A stretch of DNA of 64,000 nt from Patescibacteria group bacterium (GTDB lineage: Bacteria; Patescibacteriota; Microgenomatia; UBA1406). The stretch spans positions 133,177 through 197,176 of the forward strand of contig JBAYJK010000003.1 in assembly GCA_041665145.1 (NCBI GenBank). The letters run 5' to 3'. Below are positions 18,275 to 27,747 of this stretch, piece by piece (the first letter of the stretch is position 1; every line of letters begins with the position of its first letter). Both the position numbers and the translations under genes were made by a program. The notes under the pieces were generated by a model, which was not told the DNA's origin, did not search any database, and saw nothing but the letters and a program-made list of their open reading frames with translations.

Positions 18275-18309
18275 ACTCTATCAAAGCGAGAAAAAAATAG
18301 CAATGTGCA

Positions 18310-19404
18310 TTAAGGGATGAGGTGTTTTTCTCTCAGAGTCAGCAAAATTTTCTGATGAATATCTTCTTTAGAGAGCATTTTCCCGTTCTTGATACAGTCT
18401 ATCTTGACCCAGTGTTTTTTTGTCTTGCACAGCGAAAGAAACATCTCTTCGGAGTTGATTCGGAACTGAATGTCACTTTCATGGATATCAAGCTTCATAC
18501 CCTTAGTATAACTTCGGGCTGATTTCTGCTTCGTAAGTTCCAAGCCGATCTGCCACGGAACGTATAGATAAATGACAATGTCTTCAACCGGGATTTTGTG
18601 AATTTTATATTCAAGTTCGTACACCCATTTCAGAAACTTTTGTCGCTCAAGCGGGTTCGGAATGCGACCGGCTTGATGCCCCATATTTGAAGTCGCGTAC
18701 CTATTCGAAATTATTACTCCCCCTTTTTTAAGAAAGTCACGCATCTCCGTTTTAACCGAGGCCCTATCCAGAGCATATGCTAATGAAGCAAGGTAGGGAG
18801 AGATTGTGTTCAAAGTACCAAATTCACCGGATAACAAACGGCCGACGATGGCGCCATGAAACGATGAATAGTATTGGGGAAAATCATATACCCTATGTAC
18901 TACTTTCTGATTATCCAGGTATTTGGCCAGGAGCTCCGTTTGAGTTGCTTTGCCGGACCCGTCACCACCGTCTATTACAATCAGCTTTCCGATATTTCTC
19001 GATAAGAATGTAACGTGGTCAAAATAATTCTCCAATATGTACTTGAGATTTTTATCATCATAATGCTCCAGAAATAAATTTTCGGAAGGGTTACCGCTGA
19101 GCATCGGTGTAATCTCATCCGCATTCTCCTTATAAATGAGTGACAATACGGGTTTGTCGATAGTAAGAGCATAGACAATCTGGCCGCCAACATCCGTTGA
19201 AGGATGCGTAACTTCCGCGATAATACAATCTGCTTCCTCAATTGCCTTTTTTTGTGCAATAAAATAAGCGGAATCGGACTGGGGTTTTTTCCGGATAGTC
19301 TCAACTACTTGTACTTTGTGACGTTTGAGATGCTGGAGTATGGTTGTCCTTGTATCTTTGTCCGTTGTTTCGCCGTCCTGTGACTGTGCAAAAACAACTT
19401 TCAT
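18310..19404 (-). CDS. tmk: Fusion protein: N-terminal nucleoside 2-deoxyribosyltransferase-like domain plus C-terminal thymidylate kinase
   Basis: The C-terminal half has the P-loop IVIDGGDGSGKATQTELLAKYL and dTMP-kinase-like spacing. The N-terminal ~135 aa (..EEADCIIAEVTHPSTDVGGQIVYAL..KPVLSL) is NDT-like. Confidence 0.75.
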   Translation of the reverse strand: MKVVFAQSQDGETTDKDTRTTILQHLKRHKVQVVETIRKKPQSDSAYFIAQKKAIEEADCIIAEVTHPSTDVGGQIVYALTIDKPVLSLIYKENADEITPMLSGNPSENLFLEHYDDKNLKYILENYFDHVTFLSRNIGKLIVIDGGDGSGKATQTELLAKYLDNQKVVHRVYDFPQYYSSFHGAIVGRLLSGEFGTLNTISPYLASLAYALDRASVKTEMRDFLKKGGVIISNRYATSNMGHQAGRIPNPLERQKFLKWVYELEYKIHKIPVEDIVIYLYVPWQIGLELTKQKSARSYTKGMKLDIHESDIQFRINSEEMFLSLCKTKKHWVKIDCIKNGKMLSKEDIHQKILLTLREKHLIP

Positions 19405-19406
19405 CC

Positions 19407-20204
19407 TTACTCTTGAAGAATAAGTAATTGAACTGAAGGACTCATCGTGGTCTTAACAAATGCTTTGTCGATATTCTTCGGAGCGACCGCGGCGATAAAA
19501 GCTTCGATATTCTCCATCAGTTGGGCCTCCGTAAAGCTGATCTTTCCGACTACCTGGTGCATTATCGGAAACTTGGGTTCAGATTTGAAATTGACCGCGC
19601 CAGCGGCGAACTTTTTACGAGCCGATTCCACATCGTCCAACAAAGTGCCTTTTTTTGGTGAAGGCATCAGACCTTTTGGACCTAACACTTTTGCAAATTT
19701 GACAAGTGATTTCATGTCCGATGGCCGTGCTATAAGTACGTCAAAATCAAACACGCCGGCAGTTAATTGTGCTTCAACTTCGGAAGTAAAGACGGCAATC
19801 CGAACTTCTTTCCCTGTTCCGTGTGGAAGAGTAACTTCACCCTTCAATCCCATTTCTTTAACGTTGATGTGTAACTCAACGGTTGCGTCAAACGCCTCAA
19901 ATTTTCCCTTTTTCAGAAGCGCGATCGCCTCTTTGACTGAGTACTTCTTGGTTTTGTCAATGGTTTTCGTCATTTTTAAATATTTTTTTCCGTGTGTTCG
20001 AACAGTCGAACCCGTGTTTTTCTTCTTTTCCTGTTTTTCTGTCTTCGCCTCTACAGCCTCTTCTGCCTGCTCGACTTTTTGAACAGTTTTAGCCGATTCC
20101 CGTTCTTTTTCCTGCTTTTTAAGTTCATTACGCTTCTTAGCTTTTTCTTTTTGTTCTTGTTCTACCTCATCTATTCCCAGTACTTTAGTTTTTGTTTTTC
20201 CCAT
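19407..20204 (-). CDS. rplA: 50S ribosomal protein L1 with ~69-aa K/E-rich N-terminal extension
   Basis: The canonical L1 core starts at HGKKYLKMTKTIDKTKKYSVKEAIALLKK. The upstream 69 aa are K/E/Q-rich. Only 8 nt separate it from the rplK stop. Confidence 0.9.
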   Translation of the reverse strand: MGKTKTKVLGIDEVEQEQKEKAKKRNELKKQEKERESAKTVQKVEQAEEAVEAKTEKQEKKKNTGSTVRTHGKKYLKMTKTIDKTKKYSVKEAIALLKKGKFEAFDATVELHINVKEMGLKGEVTLPHGTGKEVRIAVFTSEVEAQLTAGVFDFDVLIARPSDMKSLVKFAKVLGPKGLMPSPKKGTLLDDVESARKKFAAGAVNFKSEPKFPIMHQVVGKISFTEAQLMENIEAFIAAVAPKNIDKAFVKTTMSPSVQLLILQE

Positions 20205-20212
20205 TGTATTCC

Positions 20213-20638
20213 TTAATTAGTAACGTCAACACCCATGCTTCGGGCCGTTCCCGCAACAACCTTCTCAGCAGCTGCAACAGTCGTTGCATTAAGATCTTTC
20301 AACTTGGCTTCTGCGATTTCAGTGACCTGCTTCTTTGAAAGTGTTCCGACCTTGTCTTTGTTGGGAACTCCTGAACCTTTTTTAATTCCAAGTTTCTGCT
20401 TGATCATTTCAGCAACGGGCGGTAATTTGGTCACGAACGTAAAAGACCTGTCTTTATAGACGGTAATGACGACAGGAATAATCTGTCCCTTCTGGTTTTT
20501 GGTTGCTTCATTATATTGCTTGATGAAGTCCATGATCGGAACACCGTGCTGACCTAACGCAGGTCCTGCCGGAGGAGCCGCCGTTGCCGCACCCGCTGCC
20601 AAATTAAGTTTGATAAGTGCTTTAATTTCCTTTGCCAT
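20213..20638 (-). CDS. rplK: 50S ribosomal protein L11
   Basis: [35 protein letters not shown] is the L11 signature. 141 aa. Confidence 0.95.
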   Translation of the reverse strand: MAKEIKALIKLNLAAGAATAAPPAGPALGQHGVPIMDFIKQYNEATKNQKGQIIPVVITVYKDRSFTFVTKLPPVAEMIKQKLGIKKGSGVPNKDKVGTLSKKQVTEIAEAKLKDLNATTVAAAEKVVAGTARSMGVDVTN

Positions 20639-21201
20639 TATATTTTTTGAATTTGTAAGAAATCAAGATCTACGGGCGTCTCACGTCCGAAAATTGAAAT
20701 AAGAACTTTGACTTTTCCCTGATCGTCATCTACGGAAGAAATTGTTCCCAAGAAATCAGTGAACGGACCATCAACAATTTTGACAGCTTCGCCGGTCGAA
20801 AACTTGGTCTTAAACTTCGGTGCCTCTTGGCTTGCAAACTTAAGAATAGCCTCAACTTCTTTTTCGGAAATCGGAGTCGGTTTATTGCCTGCTCCGACAA
20901 AACCGGTGACACCTTCCGTTGTTCTGACAACAAGCCAGCTATCATCATTCATAACCATATGGACAAGAATATATCCCGGAAAAAGCTTCTCTTTAACCTG
21001 CTTTTTTTTACCTTGTTTTATCGTGATAATATCACGCATCGGAATTATAATCTCGTACAGCTGCTCCGCGAAACCGAGCGTCTTTATCCGTTCTTCAAGA
21101 GCCTTTTTGGTTTTTTGTTCATAACCGGATTGTGTGTGCACAACATACCAACGTGCATCAGGATGAATTTTCGGTGCTTCCGTAATCACAAGATCAGTCA
21201 T
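20638..21201 (-). CDS. nusG: Transcription termination/antitermination factor NusG
   Basis: [20 protein letters not shown] (NGN domain) and a KOW motif [18 protein letters not shown]. Stop/start overlap TAATG with rplK. Confidence 0.9.
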   Translation of the reverse strand: MTDLVITEAPKIHPDARWYVVHTQSGYEQKTKKALEERIKTLGFAEQLYEIIIPMRDIITIKQGKKKQVKEKLFPGYILVHMVMNDDSWLVVRTTEGVTGFVGAGNKPTPISEKEVEAILKFASQEAPKFKTKFSTGEAVKIVDGPFTDFLGTISSVDDDQGKVKVLISIFGRETPVDLDFLQIQKI

Positions 21202-21202
21202 A

Positions 21203-21400
21203 TTATTTTTTCAAGTTAATTAATAGCGTCAGGAGCTTGGTGAATCCAAAATCGAGTACACCAATATATACCCCAATTAGAAGAGATAGTATAACAACGA
21301 CAAAGGTAAGATGCAAGGCCTCTTGGCGCTTCGGCCATTCAACCTTTTTCAGCTCATCAGCAATACCTTTGAAAATTGCCGGAGAAACAGTCGTCTTCAT
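21203..21400 (-). CDS. secE: Preprotein translocase subunit SecE
   Basis: 65 aa. ELKKVEWPKRQE followed by a single TM. Canonical position upstream of nusG. Confidence 0.75.
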   Translation of the reverse strand: MKTTVSPAIFKGIADELKKVEWPKRQEALHLTFVVVILSLLIGVYIGVLDFGFTKLLTLLINLKK

Positions 21401-21448
21401 GATTACCCATTATAAAGCATAATAACGGTTTTGACAATGGAGTGTGGA

Positions 21449-24064
21449 TTACGGTGTTGTTGTCGGAGAAGCTGACACTGCAGTTGGCGTAGGAGGTTGC
21501 GGCGTAGCCGATGGAAGCGCTTCCTGATTCACTCCAATCAGAATATCCTTTTGTGTTGTTTGATTCTTGTTATTTGTAGCAACAAACGATAACGAGTATA
21601 CTCCGTCCGAAAACTGAAACGTTTCATCAATAACCGAGTCCGTTGTTTCTTTCTTAAGTGACCCGTTTACATAAAATTTAAATGAAGAAATCGGAGCTAT
21701 CGAAACAGCCTGTGCCAACACACTTACCGAATTTGATCCGAGCTTCTCCCGATCACCGGGGCGTGTAAGCTTGATACTTATGCTGTCGGCGTTTGTGTCC
21801 GATGTATCCCGGGGAGCTTTCCAATGATCGTCAGACTGCGTAGCGGCCCATGCGTCGATTCCTTCCTGCCATCTGTTATGCCCGTCCACCGAAACAGGGT
21901 CTTGCTCGGTTACCACATAATAATCCTTCTCGTCGTAATTACCCGAGGCAATTTCTATTGCATTTGCAAGTTTACCGGTTGATTTTGAGATTTTTACTTT
22001 CTTGTAAAACGGCGAAACGGCATTCGGTTCGGTTCCATTAACAAAATACTCGGAACGCTTTGAATCGCCCCCATGTGGTTGCCCACCGAAAAGTGCATCG
22101 ATTTCAACGGCTTTCACGCCGGATGGCGTTTCACCGATACCGTCTTTGTACCCGTGTGCAAAGGCATACTGCATGGTGCGATACCAAATGGGAGCCGCTC
22201 CACTTACACCCGATGCAAGAGATTCGTTCATTTGCGTATTATCGTTGTTTCCGACCCAGACTCCCACAATAATGTCTCTGCTGTAACCAACGGTCCAATT
22301 ATCCCGTTTATCGTCTGTAGTTCCTGTTTTCACTGCTACCGTTTTGCCGGGAACGTTCAAATAGCTGTTTGTACCGAATGTAAGTGCCCGTGCATTGTTG
22401 TCACTTAGAATATGCGAAATAAGGAATGCCGTTTCTGAAGTAAAAACCTGTTCCGATGTGTTTTTATCTGCTTCATAGATCATTTTACTTTGGTAATCGC
22501 GCACTTCCCGCAATGACTGCGGCTTAACCGTCTTGCCTCCATTTGCAAACACGGAATACGAGCTTACTAAATCCAACAGGCGGACTTCCCCTCCTCCTAA
22601 AGTCAGCGATAAACCAAACCGCTTCAGGTTTGCATCAGTCGGCGCTAGCGTGTGCAGCCCTGCGTCACTGATTTTTTGTAAAAACGTCGGAAGACCAACA
22701 AGTGCAAGCGCCTTAACCGCAGGAATATTAATGGAATTACCCAAGGCAAATCTCAATTGAATGGGTCCGTGAAATTTACCGTCATAATTCACCGGTGCAT
22801 ATGCCGGCTCGTCATCTTCTGTTTTCTGGGTTGTGAACTGCGTCGAAACATCCATAAGCACGGAAGCCGGCGTTAAACCCTTCTCAAGTGCCATTGCATA
22901 CGTAAAAGGTTTCAGTGTTGAGCCTGGCTGGCGCAAACCAAGAGCGGCGTTGAATTTCCCGAACTTGTCATTGTTATAATCGACAGAGCCGACCATCGCA
23001 AGTATGTTGCCCGTCTTCGGGTCTATTGCAACTATGGCAGTATTGCTGATACTGAGGCCTTTTGCTTTTGCGATCTCTTCTTTGGCAATTTTCTCTATCT
23101 CCTGTTGAAGGCCGAGATCAAGTGTTGTTTTAATTACCAAACCTTTCTGAAGCAAGGCGTCATTTGCCAACAGATTGTCCAAAGCATCTTTCACATAAAA
23201 GACAAAATGCAACGCCGGTATTTGATTTTTGGATGTCTTGAACTTCAGCAACGGAAGTTGCGCAAGCAATTTTTTTTCTTCTGTTGTCGTAATATACTTA
23301 TCTTCCCGCATTCGTCTTAAGACCTGCTTCGTTCTGTCAAGGTACGCATCTTTCACGCCAAAAAAGGGAGAATAAATGTTGGGGTTCTGCGGCAATCCTG
23401 CAAGAACCGCTGCTTGAAGCAGTGTCAGATCTTTTGCGTGTACGCCGAAGTAGTATTGGGAACCTGACTCAATTCCCCACGCAGTGCCGCCGTAAGGTAT
23501 CTGATTCAGATACATCTCGAGAATCTGATTTTTTGTAAATCGACGCTCCAACTCTACCGCAAGAATAAATTCTTTAATCTTACGGGTGAGCGTCTTTTCG
23601 CTGGTTAATAGCGTGTTCTTAATGAGTTGTTGCGTCATAGTAGAACCGCCCGCTCCGCTGCGAAAAATAAAGTCAACCACGAGAGCTCTCAGGATACCGG
23701 GAATAGAGAAACCTCCGTGCTGAAAAAAATTCTTATCTTCAATTGCTATTGTCGCCTTACTCACATAGGCAGGCAGGCTGGCAAGAGAAACGGGAATGAT
23801 ATTCTTGTTTTCAAAGATCTGGTAGATGACCTTATCGTTTTTATCAAGTATTGTTGACGAGTATCGGGCATCCTGGACTATTCTGTTAGGCGTAGGCAAT
23901 TCCCGAACAATCCAGGCAATTGATACAAACGGAAGAACGATAAAACAGAATATCGCGGCACCGATCAGTATGCCTACTTTTTTTGCATTCATCCTCATAC
24001 GCGACGTGAAATTGCCTCTCCGATGTCTGCCTCCACCAAATGTAACGGCAAAATCTTTTCTCAT
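21449..24064 (-). CDS. Bifunctional class A penicillin-binding protein (transglycosylase/transpeptidase, PBP1A-type) with C-terminal Ig-like/PT-rich tail
   Basis: GT51 motifs (IAIEDKNFFQHGG, GGSTMTQQL, RKIKEFILA) and transpeptidase motifs (STLKP, SINIPA, KTGTT). 871 aa. Confidence 0.9.
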   Translation of the reverse strand: MRKDFAVTFGGGRHRRGNFTSRMRMNAKKVGILIGAAIFCFIVLPFVSIAWIVRELPTPNRIVQDARYSSTILDKNDKVIYQIFENKNIIPVSLASLPAYVSKATIAIEDKNFFQHGGFSIPGILRALVVDFIFRSGAGGSTMTQQLIKNTLLTSEKTLTRKIKEFILAVELERRFTKNQILEMYLNQIPYGGTAWGIESGSQYYFGVHAKDLTLLQAAVLAGLPQNPNIYSPFFGVKDAYLDRTKQVLRRMREDKYITTTEEKKLLAQLPLLKFKTSKNQIPALHFVFYVKDALDNLLANDALLQKGLVIKTTLDLGLQQEIEKIAKEEIAKAKGLSISNTAIVAIDPKTGNILAMVGSVDYNNDKFGKFNAALGLRQPGSTLKPFTYAMALEKGLTPASVLMDVSTQFTTQKTEDDEPAYAPVNYDGKFHGPIQLRFALGNSINIPAVKALALVGLPTFLQKISDAGLHTLAPTDANLKRFGLSLTLGGGEVRLLDLVSSYSVFANGGKTVKPQSLREVRDYQSKMIYEADKNTSEQVFTSETAFLISHILSDNNARALTFGTNSYLNVPGKTVAVKTGTTDDKRDNWTVGYSRDIIVGVWVGNNDNTQMNESLASGVSGAAPIWYRTMQYAFAHGYKDGIGETPSGVKAVEIDALFGGQPHGGDSKRSEYFVNGTEPNAVSPFYKKVKISKSTGKLANAIEIASGNYDEKDYYVVTEQDPVSVDGHNRWQEGIDAWAATQSDDHWKAPRDTSDTNADSISIKLTRPGDREKLGSNSVSVLAQAVSIAPISSFKFYVNGSLKKETTDSVIDETFQFSDGVYSLSFVATNNKNQTTQKDILIGVNQEALPSATPQPPTPTAVSASPTTTP

Positions 24065-24210
24065 ATTGTATGATACAATTATATACTATACGATTGAAAA
24101 AACATGCGTACAATACACCGCTTTCTGAAAAAACTTAATATCGGAAAAATACTTATCGTCATTGCTTCGGTATTGCTTTTAATGTCGTCAGTACTTCCCT
24201 ACTTTTTACG

Positions 24211-26259
24211 ATGACCCAGCGTTTGGCGCTTAATGATTTATTGACTTCCGTCCGCGGCATAGGACCGTCAACGTTTCTGAAATTCCAAAAAAAGAATGTC
24301 GAACGAGTTATTGACCTGCTTAAGATATTTCCCACACGATACGAAGATTTTCGAACGAAAGTTTCCGCAAAAGCAATAAGGGCAGGGGAAAAAGCGACCC
24401 TTGTCGGAACCGTGTCGGATGCTATCGTACTTGTTACCAAGCGACGTGGTCTGACAATAACAAAAGCCACGTTATACGACGATTCCGGCAGTATTGACAT
24501 ACTGTGGTTTAATCAGCCATACATAAGAAATAATCTTGCCGAAGATGTTGTTTATTCCGTTTCGGGTACCTGTGATTTTTTTTCTGGCAAGCGCGTATTG
24601 AAGGTTTCTGACTATGAGGAAAACGGTTCCGACCTGCTTCATACGGGCAGAATAGTTCCTTATTACAGTGAATCCTACGGGGTTACGCAAAAAATGATCC
24701 GCAACAAAATACATACATTACTTACGGAGTTACCGGGCGATCTGTTTACGGAATACTTACCGTCTCAGATTTTAAAAAAAGAAAAGCTTGTTTCACCCCT
24801 GAGGTTCTTTCGTATGATTCATGAACCCTCAACAAATGAAGAAGTAATAAAAGCACGTCTGAGGATTGCTTATGAAGAACTTCTTTCGGCAATGCTAACT
24901 CAAGAGAAGATACGCAAAACCTTACATGATCTGCATGCTCCCGCTATCAAAATAGACGATTTTAAAAAGCTGCTGAAGGAATTTACCGCAAACCTGCCGT
25001 TTCAATTGACCCCAGCCCAGGAGAAAGCAGCCCTTGAAATAACGACTGACATGGGCGGAACATATCCGATGAACCGTCTTCTCTTGGGTGACGTCGGTTC
25101 CGGGAAAACTATCGTAATGGCATTCGCTATTTTTATGACTGTGAAAGCCGGGTATCGTGCGATAGTTCTTGTGCCGACAGAGACGCTTGCCAATCAACAC
25201 GAGCAAACGCTGCGCAAAGTATTGAGTCAGTATAAAATTACAGTCGGGCTGCACACGGCCAAACAGAAAATGAGTTCTTTTGCAGCCGTCGATGTCATAG
25301 TTTCCACTCATGCGGTTTTATACGATCAGAAAGGGATCGACAATGTCGGGATCATTTTAATAGACGAGCAGCATAAATTCGGCGTGAGTCAACGGAACGA
25401 GCTCATAAAACGGAATTCGGGTCCGATGAGTCCTCATATGCTTTTTGTGTCCGCCACCCCAATACCCCGGTCACTTGCTCTTACCTTATTCGGCAGTCTG
25501 GAGATATCGTATATAAACGAAATGCCCCATGACAGAAAACCGGTAAAGACTTATGTTGTCCCCGAGCACAAACGGAATAACGGGTATGCGTGGATACTGA
25601 AAACGCTGAAAGCAAACAAGTCACAGATGTATGTCGTATGTCCCCTGATCCAAAATTCGGACAATGAGCGGATGAGTGAAAAAAAATCTGTCACCGAAGA
25701 ACTTGAGCATTTAAAAAAAGTTTTCCCGTCATTGAGTCTGGCCGCAATACACAGTAAAGAAAAGAACAAAGAAGAGGTATTTGCACTATTCAAGCAGGGA
25801 AAAATAGACATACTCGTTTCAACGACGGTAATCGAAGTAGGGATAGATGTTCCGAATGCTTCAATAATGCTCATTGAGGATGCGGACAGGTTCGGATTGT
25901 CTCAATTGCATCAACTTCGCGGCCGTGTGGGAAGAGGAACAGAACAGTCGTTCTGTCTACTTTTCACTTCCTCAACGTCCGAGACTGCTCTTCAGCGGTT
26001 GAGCGCGCTTGAAAAACACCATGACGGCCTTGCTCTCGCAGAAATTGATCTGAGGCTTCGCGGTTCAGGAAATCTCTTTGGGCTTGAACAGCACGGATTC
26101 AGTTCTTTTGTCGAAGAATTTCTCTTTGACGTTGCCCTTTTACAAAGAATTAAGGAATCGGCACAAGAGTTACTTGCAATAGATGGTAACTTCAATTATA
26201 ATTCACTGGTGCGTGTTCAGAACACGCCGAACGAAAAGTCTGATATTAATTTAAATTAG
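24211..26259 (+). CDS. recG: ATP-dependent DNA helicase RecG
   Basis: Wedge/OB N-terminus. Helicase motifs LLLGDVGSGKT, DEQHKFG, SATPIPR and QLHQLRGRVGRG. Confidence 0.9.
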   Translation: MTQRLALNDLLTSVRGIGPSTFLKFQKKNVERVIDLLKIFPTRYEDFRTKVSAKAIRAGEKATLVGTVSDAIVLVTKRRGLTITKATLYDDSGSIDILWFNQPYIRNNLAEDVVYSVSGTCDFFSGKRVLKVSDYEENGSDLLHTGRIVPYYSESYGVTQKMIRNKIHTLLTELPGDLFTEYLPSQILKKEKLVSPLRFFRMIHEPSTNEEVIKARLRIAYEELLSAMLTQEKIRKTLHDLHAPAIKIDDFKKLLKEFTANLPFQLTPAQEKAALEITTDMGGTYPMNRLLLGDVGSGKTIVMAFAIFMTVKAGYRAIVLVPTETLANQHEQTLRKVLSQYKITVGLHTAKQKMSSFAAVDVIVSTHAVLYDQKGIDNVGIILIDEQHKFGVSQRNELIKRNSGPMSPHMLFVSATPIPRSLALTLFGSLEISYINEMPHDRKPVKTYVVPEHKRNNGYAWILKTLKANKSQMYVVCPLIQNSDNERMSEKKSVTEELEHLKKVFPSLSLAAIHSKEKNKEEVFALFKQGKIDILVSTTVIEVGIDVPNASIMLIEDADRFGLSQLHQLRGRVGRGTEQSFCLLFTSSTSETALQRLSALEKHHDGLALAEIDLRLRGSGNLFGLEQHGFSSFVEEFLFDVALLQRIKESAQELLAIDGNFNYNSLVRVQNTPNEKSDINLN

Positions 26260-26264
26260 ATAGC

Positions 26265-26414
26265 ATGGCAGCTCAACCAAAACGCAAAATATCTACTTAC
26301 AGAGGAGGCAAACGATATGCGGCAAAGAAAATAGGGCTTGTCGGTACCGTAAAGTGCAAAAACTGTAATCAGATGAAAAGACATCATCATCGTTGCCCCA
26401 ACTGCGGCAAATAG
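26265..26414 (+). CDS. rpmF: 50S ribosomal protein L32 (49 aa, missing from the ORF track)
   Basis: MAAQPKRKISTYRGGKRYAAKK...CKNCNQMKRHHHRCPNCGK has the L32 N-terminal PKRK motif plus a CxxC..CxxC zinc ribbon. ATG 26265 to TAG 26412-26414. Confidence 0.8.
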   Translation: MAAQPKRKISTYRGGKRYAAKKIGLVGTVKCKNCNQMKRHHHRCPNCGK

Positions 26415-26421
26415 TTGACGT

Positions 26422-26808
26422 ATGAAGACACAACAAGATCCTCGTCATCAGCGACGAATTGCTATCATGCAAGCTTTGTACTCCATTATGTACCAACCGA
26501 CCCTGCCACCGGAACTCGAACAGGATGTTTTAACCGAGGTTGAGGAGATCGTCCGACGCAAGACTGAAATAAATGCGGCAATTGACTCATATGCCACTTC
26601 CTTCACAACAGAAAAAATGTCCCGGATAGATCTGGCGATTCTGCAGCTTGGCGTATATGAACTCCTGTTTGATAAAAAAGAGCCCTTCCGTGTTGTCATA
26701 GATGAGGCAATCGAACTGGCAAAGGAGTTCGGAAGTTCCAATTCACAGAAGTTCGTCAACGGCATTCTCGGACACTTAATAGTAAAAGATCCCATAAACC
26801 ATGACTGA
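26422..26808 (+). CDS. nusB: Transcription antitermination factor NusB
   Basis: RHQRRIAIMQALYS.. and ..VIDEAIELAKEFGSSNSQKFVNGILG. 128 aa. Confidence 0.85.
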   Translation: MKTQQDPRHQRRIAIMQALYSIMYQPTLPPELEQDVLTEVEEIVRRKTEINAAIDSYATSFTTEKMSRIDLAILQLGVYELLFDKKEPFRVVIDEAIELAKEFGSSNSQKFVNGILGHLIVKDPINHD

Positions 26809-27490
26809 TATCAAAAAACTGGAAAAAAAGATCGGTTTTACATTTACTAAACCTTCCCTTATCCAATCGGCACTGACTCACGAGTCGTATTTAAACGAGC
26901 ATGAAATTACACACGACTCATACGAACGACTTGAATTCTTTGGCGATGCGATACTCGAGTTTGTAGCTTCGGAGTACATCTATAAGCATTTCAAAAAGAT
27001 CAGGGAAGGCCGTTTAACTGAAATACGTGCCGCACTTGTACGCACGGAAACGCTTGCCAAGTGTGCGAAAAAACTTGAACTTGGCACGTATCTGCAACTT
27101 TCCAAGGGCGAAGAGGCAAATAACGGCAGATTGAATGACAACATTCTGGCAGACGCTGTTGAGGCGCTTATTGCAGTGATATACCTGGATAAAGGCATCG
27201 AAGCCTCACGCAGGTTTTTCGATAACTTCTTGCGGGAGGAAGTTGAGGAAATTGTTACTAAAGAGCTATTTGTCGACCCGAAGTCCAAGTTCCAAGAGTT
27301 TGTTCAAGAAAAGTTGAAAGTCACCCCGCAATATAAGCTGATTGCCGAGAAAACTGAAGGATCTGATACCGTTTTCACTATGGGTTTGTACGTAAGCGAC
27401 AAGCTTATCTCAGAGGGCGACGGAAAAAATAAAAAGATTGCCGAGCGAAACGCAGCAATAAATGCGCTTGGCAAATTAAGTGAGTTATGA
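26801..27490 (+). CDS. rnc: Ribonuclease III
   Basis: Catalytic signature ERLEFFGDAILEFV and a dsRBD at the C-terminus. Overlaps the nusB stop (ATGACTGA). Confidence 0.95.
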   Translation: MTDIKKLEKKIGFTFTKPSLIQSALTHESYLNEHEITHDSYERLEFFGDAILEFVASEYIYKHFKKIREGRLTEIRAALVRTETLAKCAKKLELGTYLQLSKGEEANNGRLNDNILADAVEALIAVIYLDKGIEASRRFFDNFLREEVEEIVTKELFVDPKSKFQEFVQEKLKVTPQYKLIAEKTEGSDTVFTMGLYVSDKLISEGDGKNKKIAERNAAINALGKLSEL

Positions 27491-27496
27491 TATAGT

Positions 27497-27739
27497 TTGC
27501 AAATGGCAGTAAAAATCAGACTCATGCGCATTGGGAAGCGAATGAGCCCAAAATACCGAATCATAGTCATTGAGGAGCACAAGAAACGGAACTCTAGTTA
27601 TATAGAGAAGGTCGGTTTTTATGACCCTTCACTCACAAAAGACGCTGTTACTGTCGATAACGACCGGGTAAAATACTGGTTGTCTGTCGGAGCGCAGTTC
27701 TCCTTTGGTCTTCGCAAACTTATCGGGAAAAAGTATTAA
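27497..27739 (+). CDS. rpsP: 30S ribosomal protein S16
   Basis: MAVKIRLMRIGKRMSPKYRIIVIEE...YIEKVGFYDP is an S16 N-terminus. Confidence 0.9.
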   Translation: MQMAVKIRLMRIGKRMSPKYRIIVIEEHKKRNSSYIEKVGFYDPSLTKDAVTVDNDRVKYWLSVGAQFSFGLRKLIGKKY

Positions 27740-27747
27740 TACTGTAT

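Noticed and set aside
19447-20082. 211-aa plus-strand ORF antisense to rplA. Similar ORFs run antisense to rpsB and rplA (10857-11303, 10664-11011, 19992-20216).
   Set aside because: They lie entirely inside well-supported ribosomal protein genes and mirror K/E-rich codon runs, which gives F/S/L-rich low-complexity translations. They have no start context and are typical shadow ORFs.
20636-20640. An L1-binding regulatory leader upstream of rplK, as in the E. coli L11 operon.
   Set aside because: The nusG stop and rplK start overlap (TAATG), which leaves no untranslated leader in which such a structure could sit.
26806-26808. Alternative genetic code (UGA recoded, as in some candidate phyla).
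   Set aside because: TGA terminates well-defined genes at the expected length (for example nusB here, and pilN at 28424-26), and long conserved ORFs are intact under the standard code.
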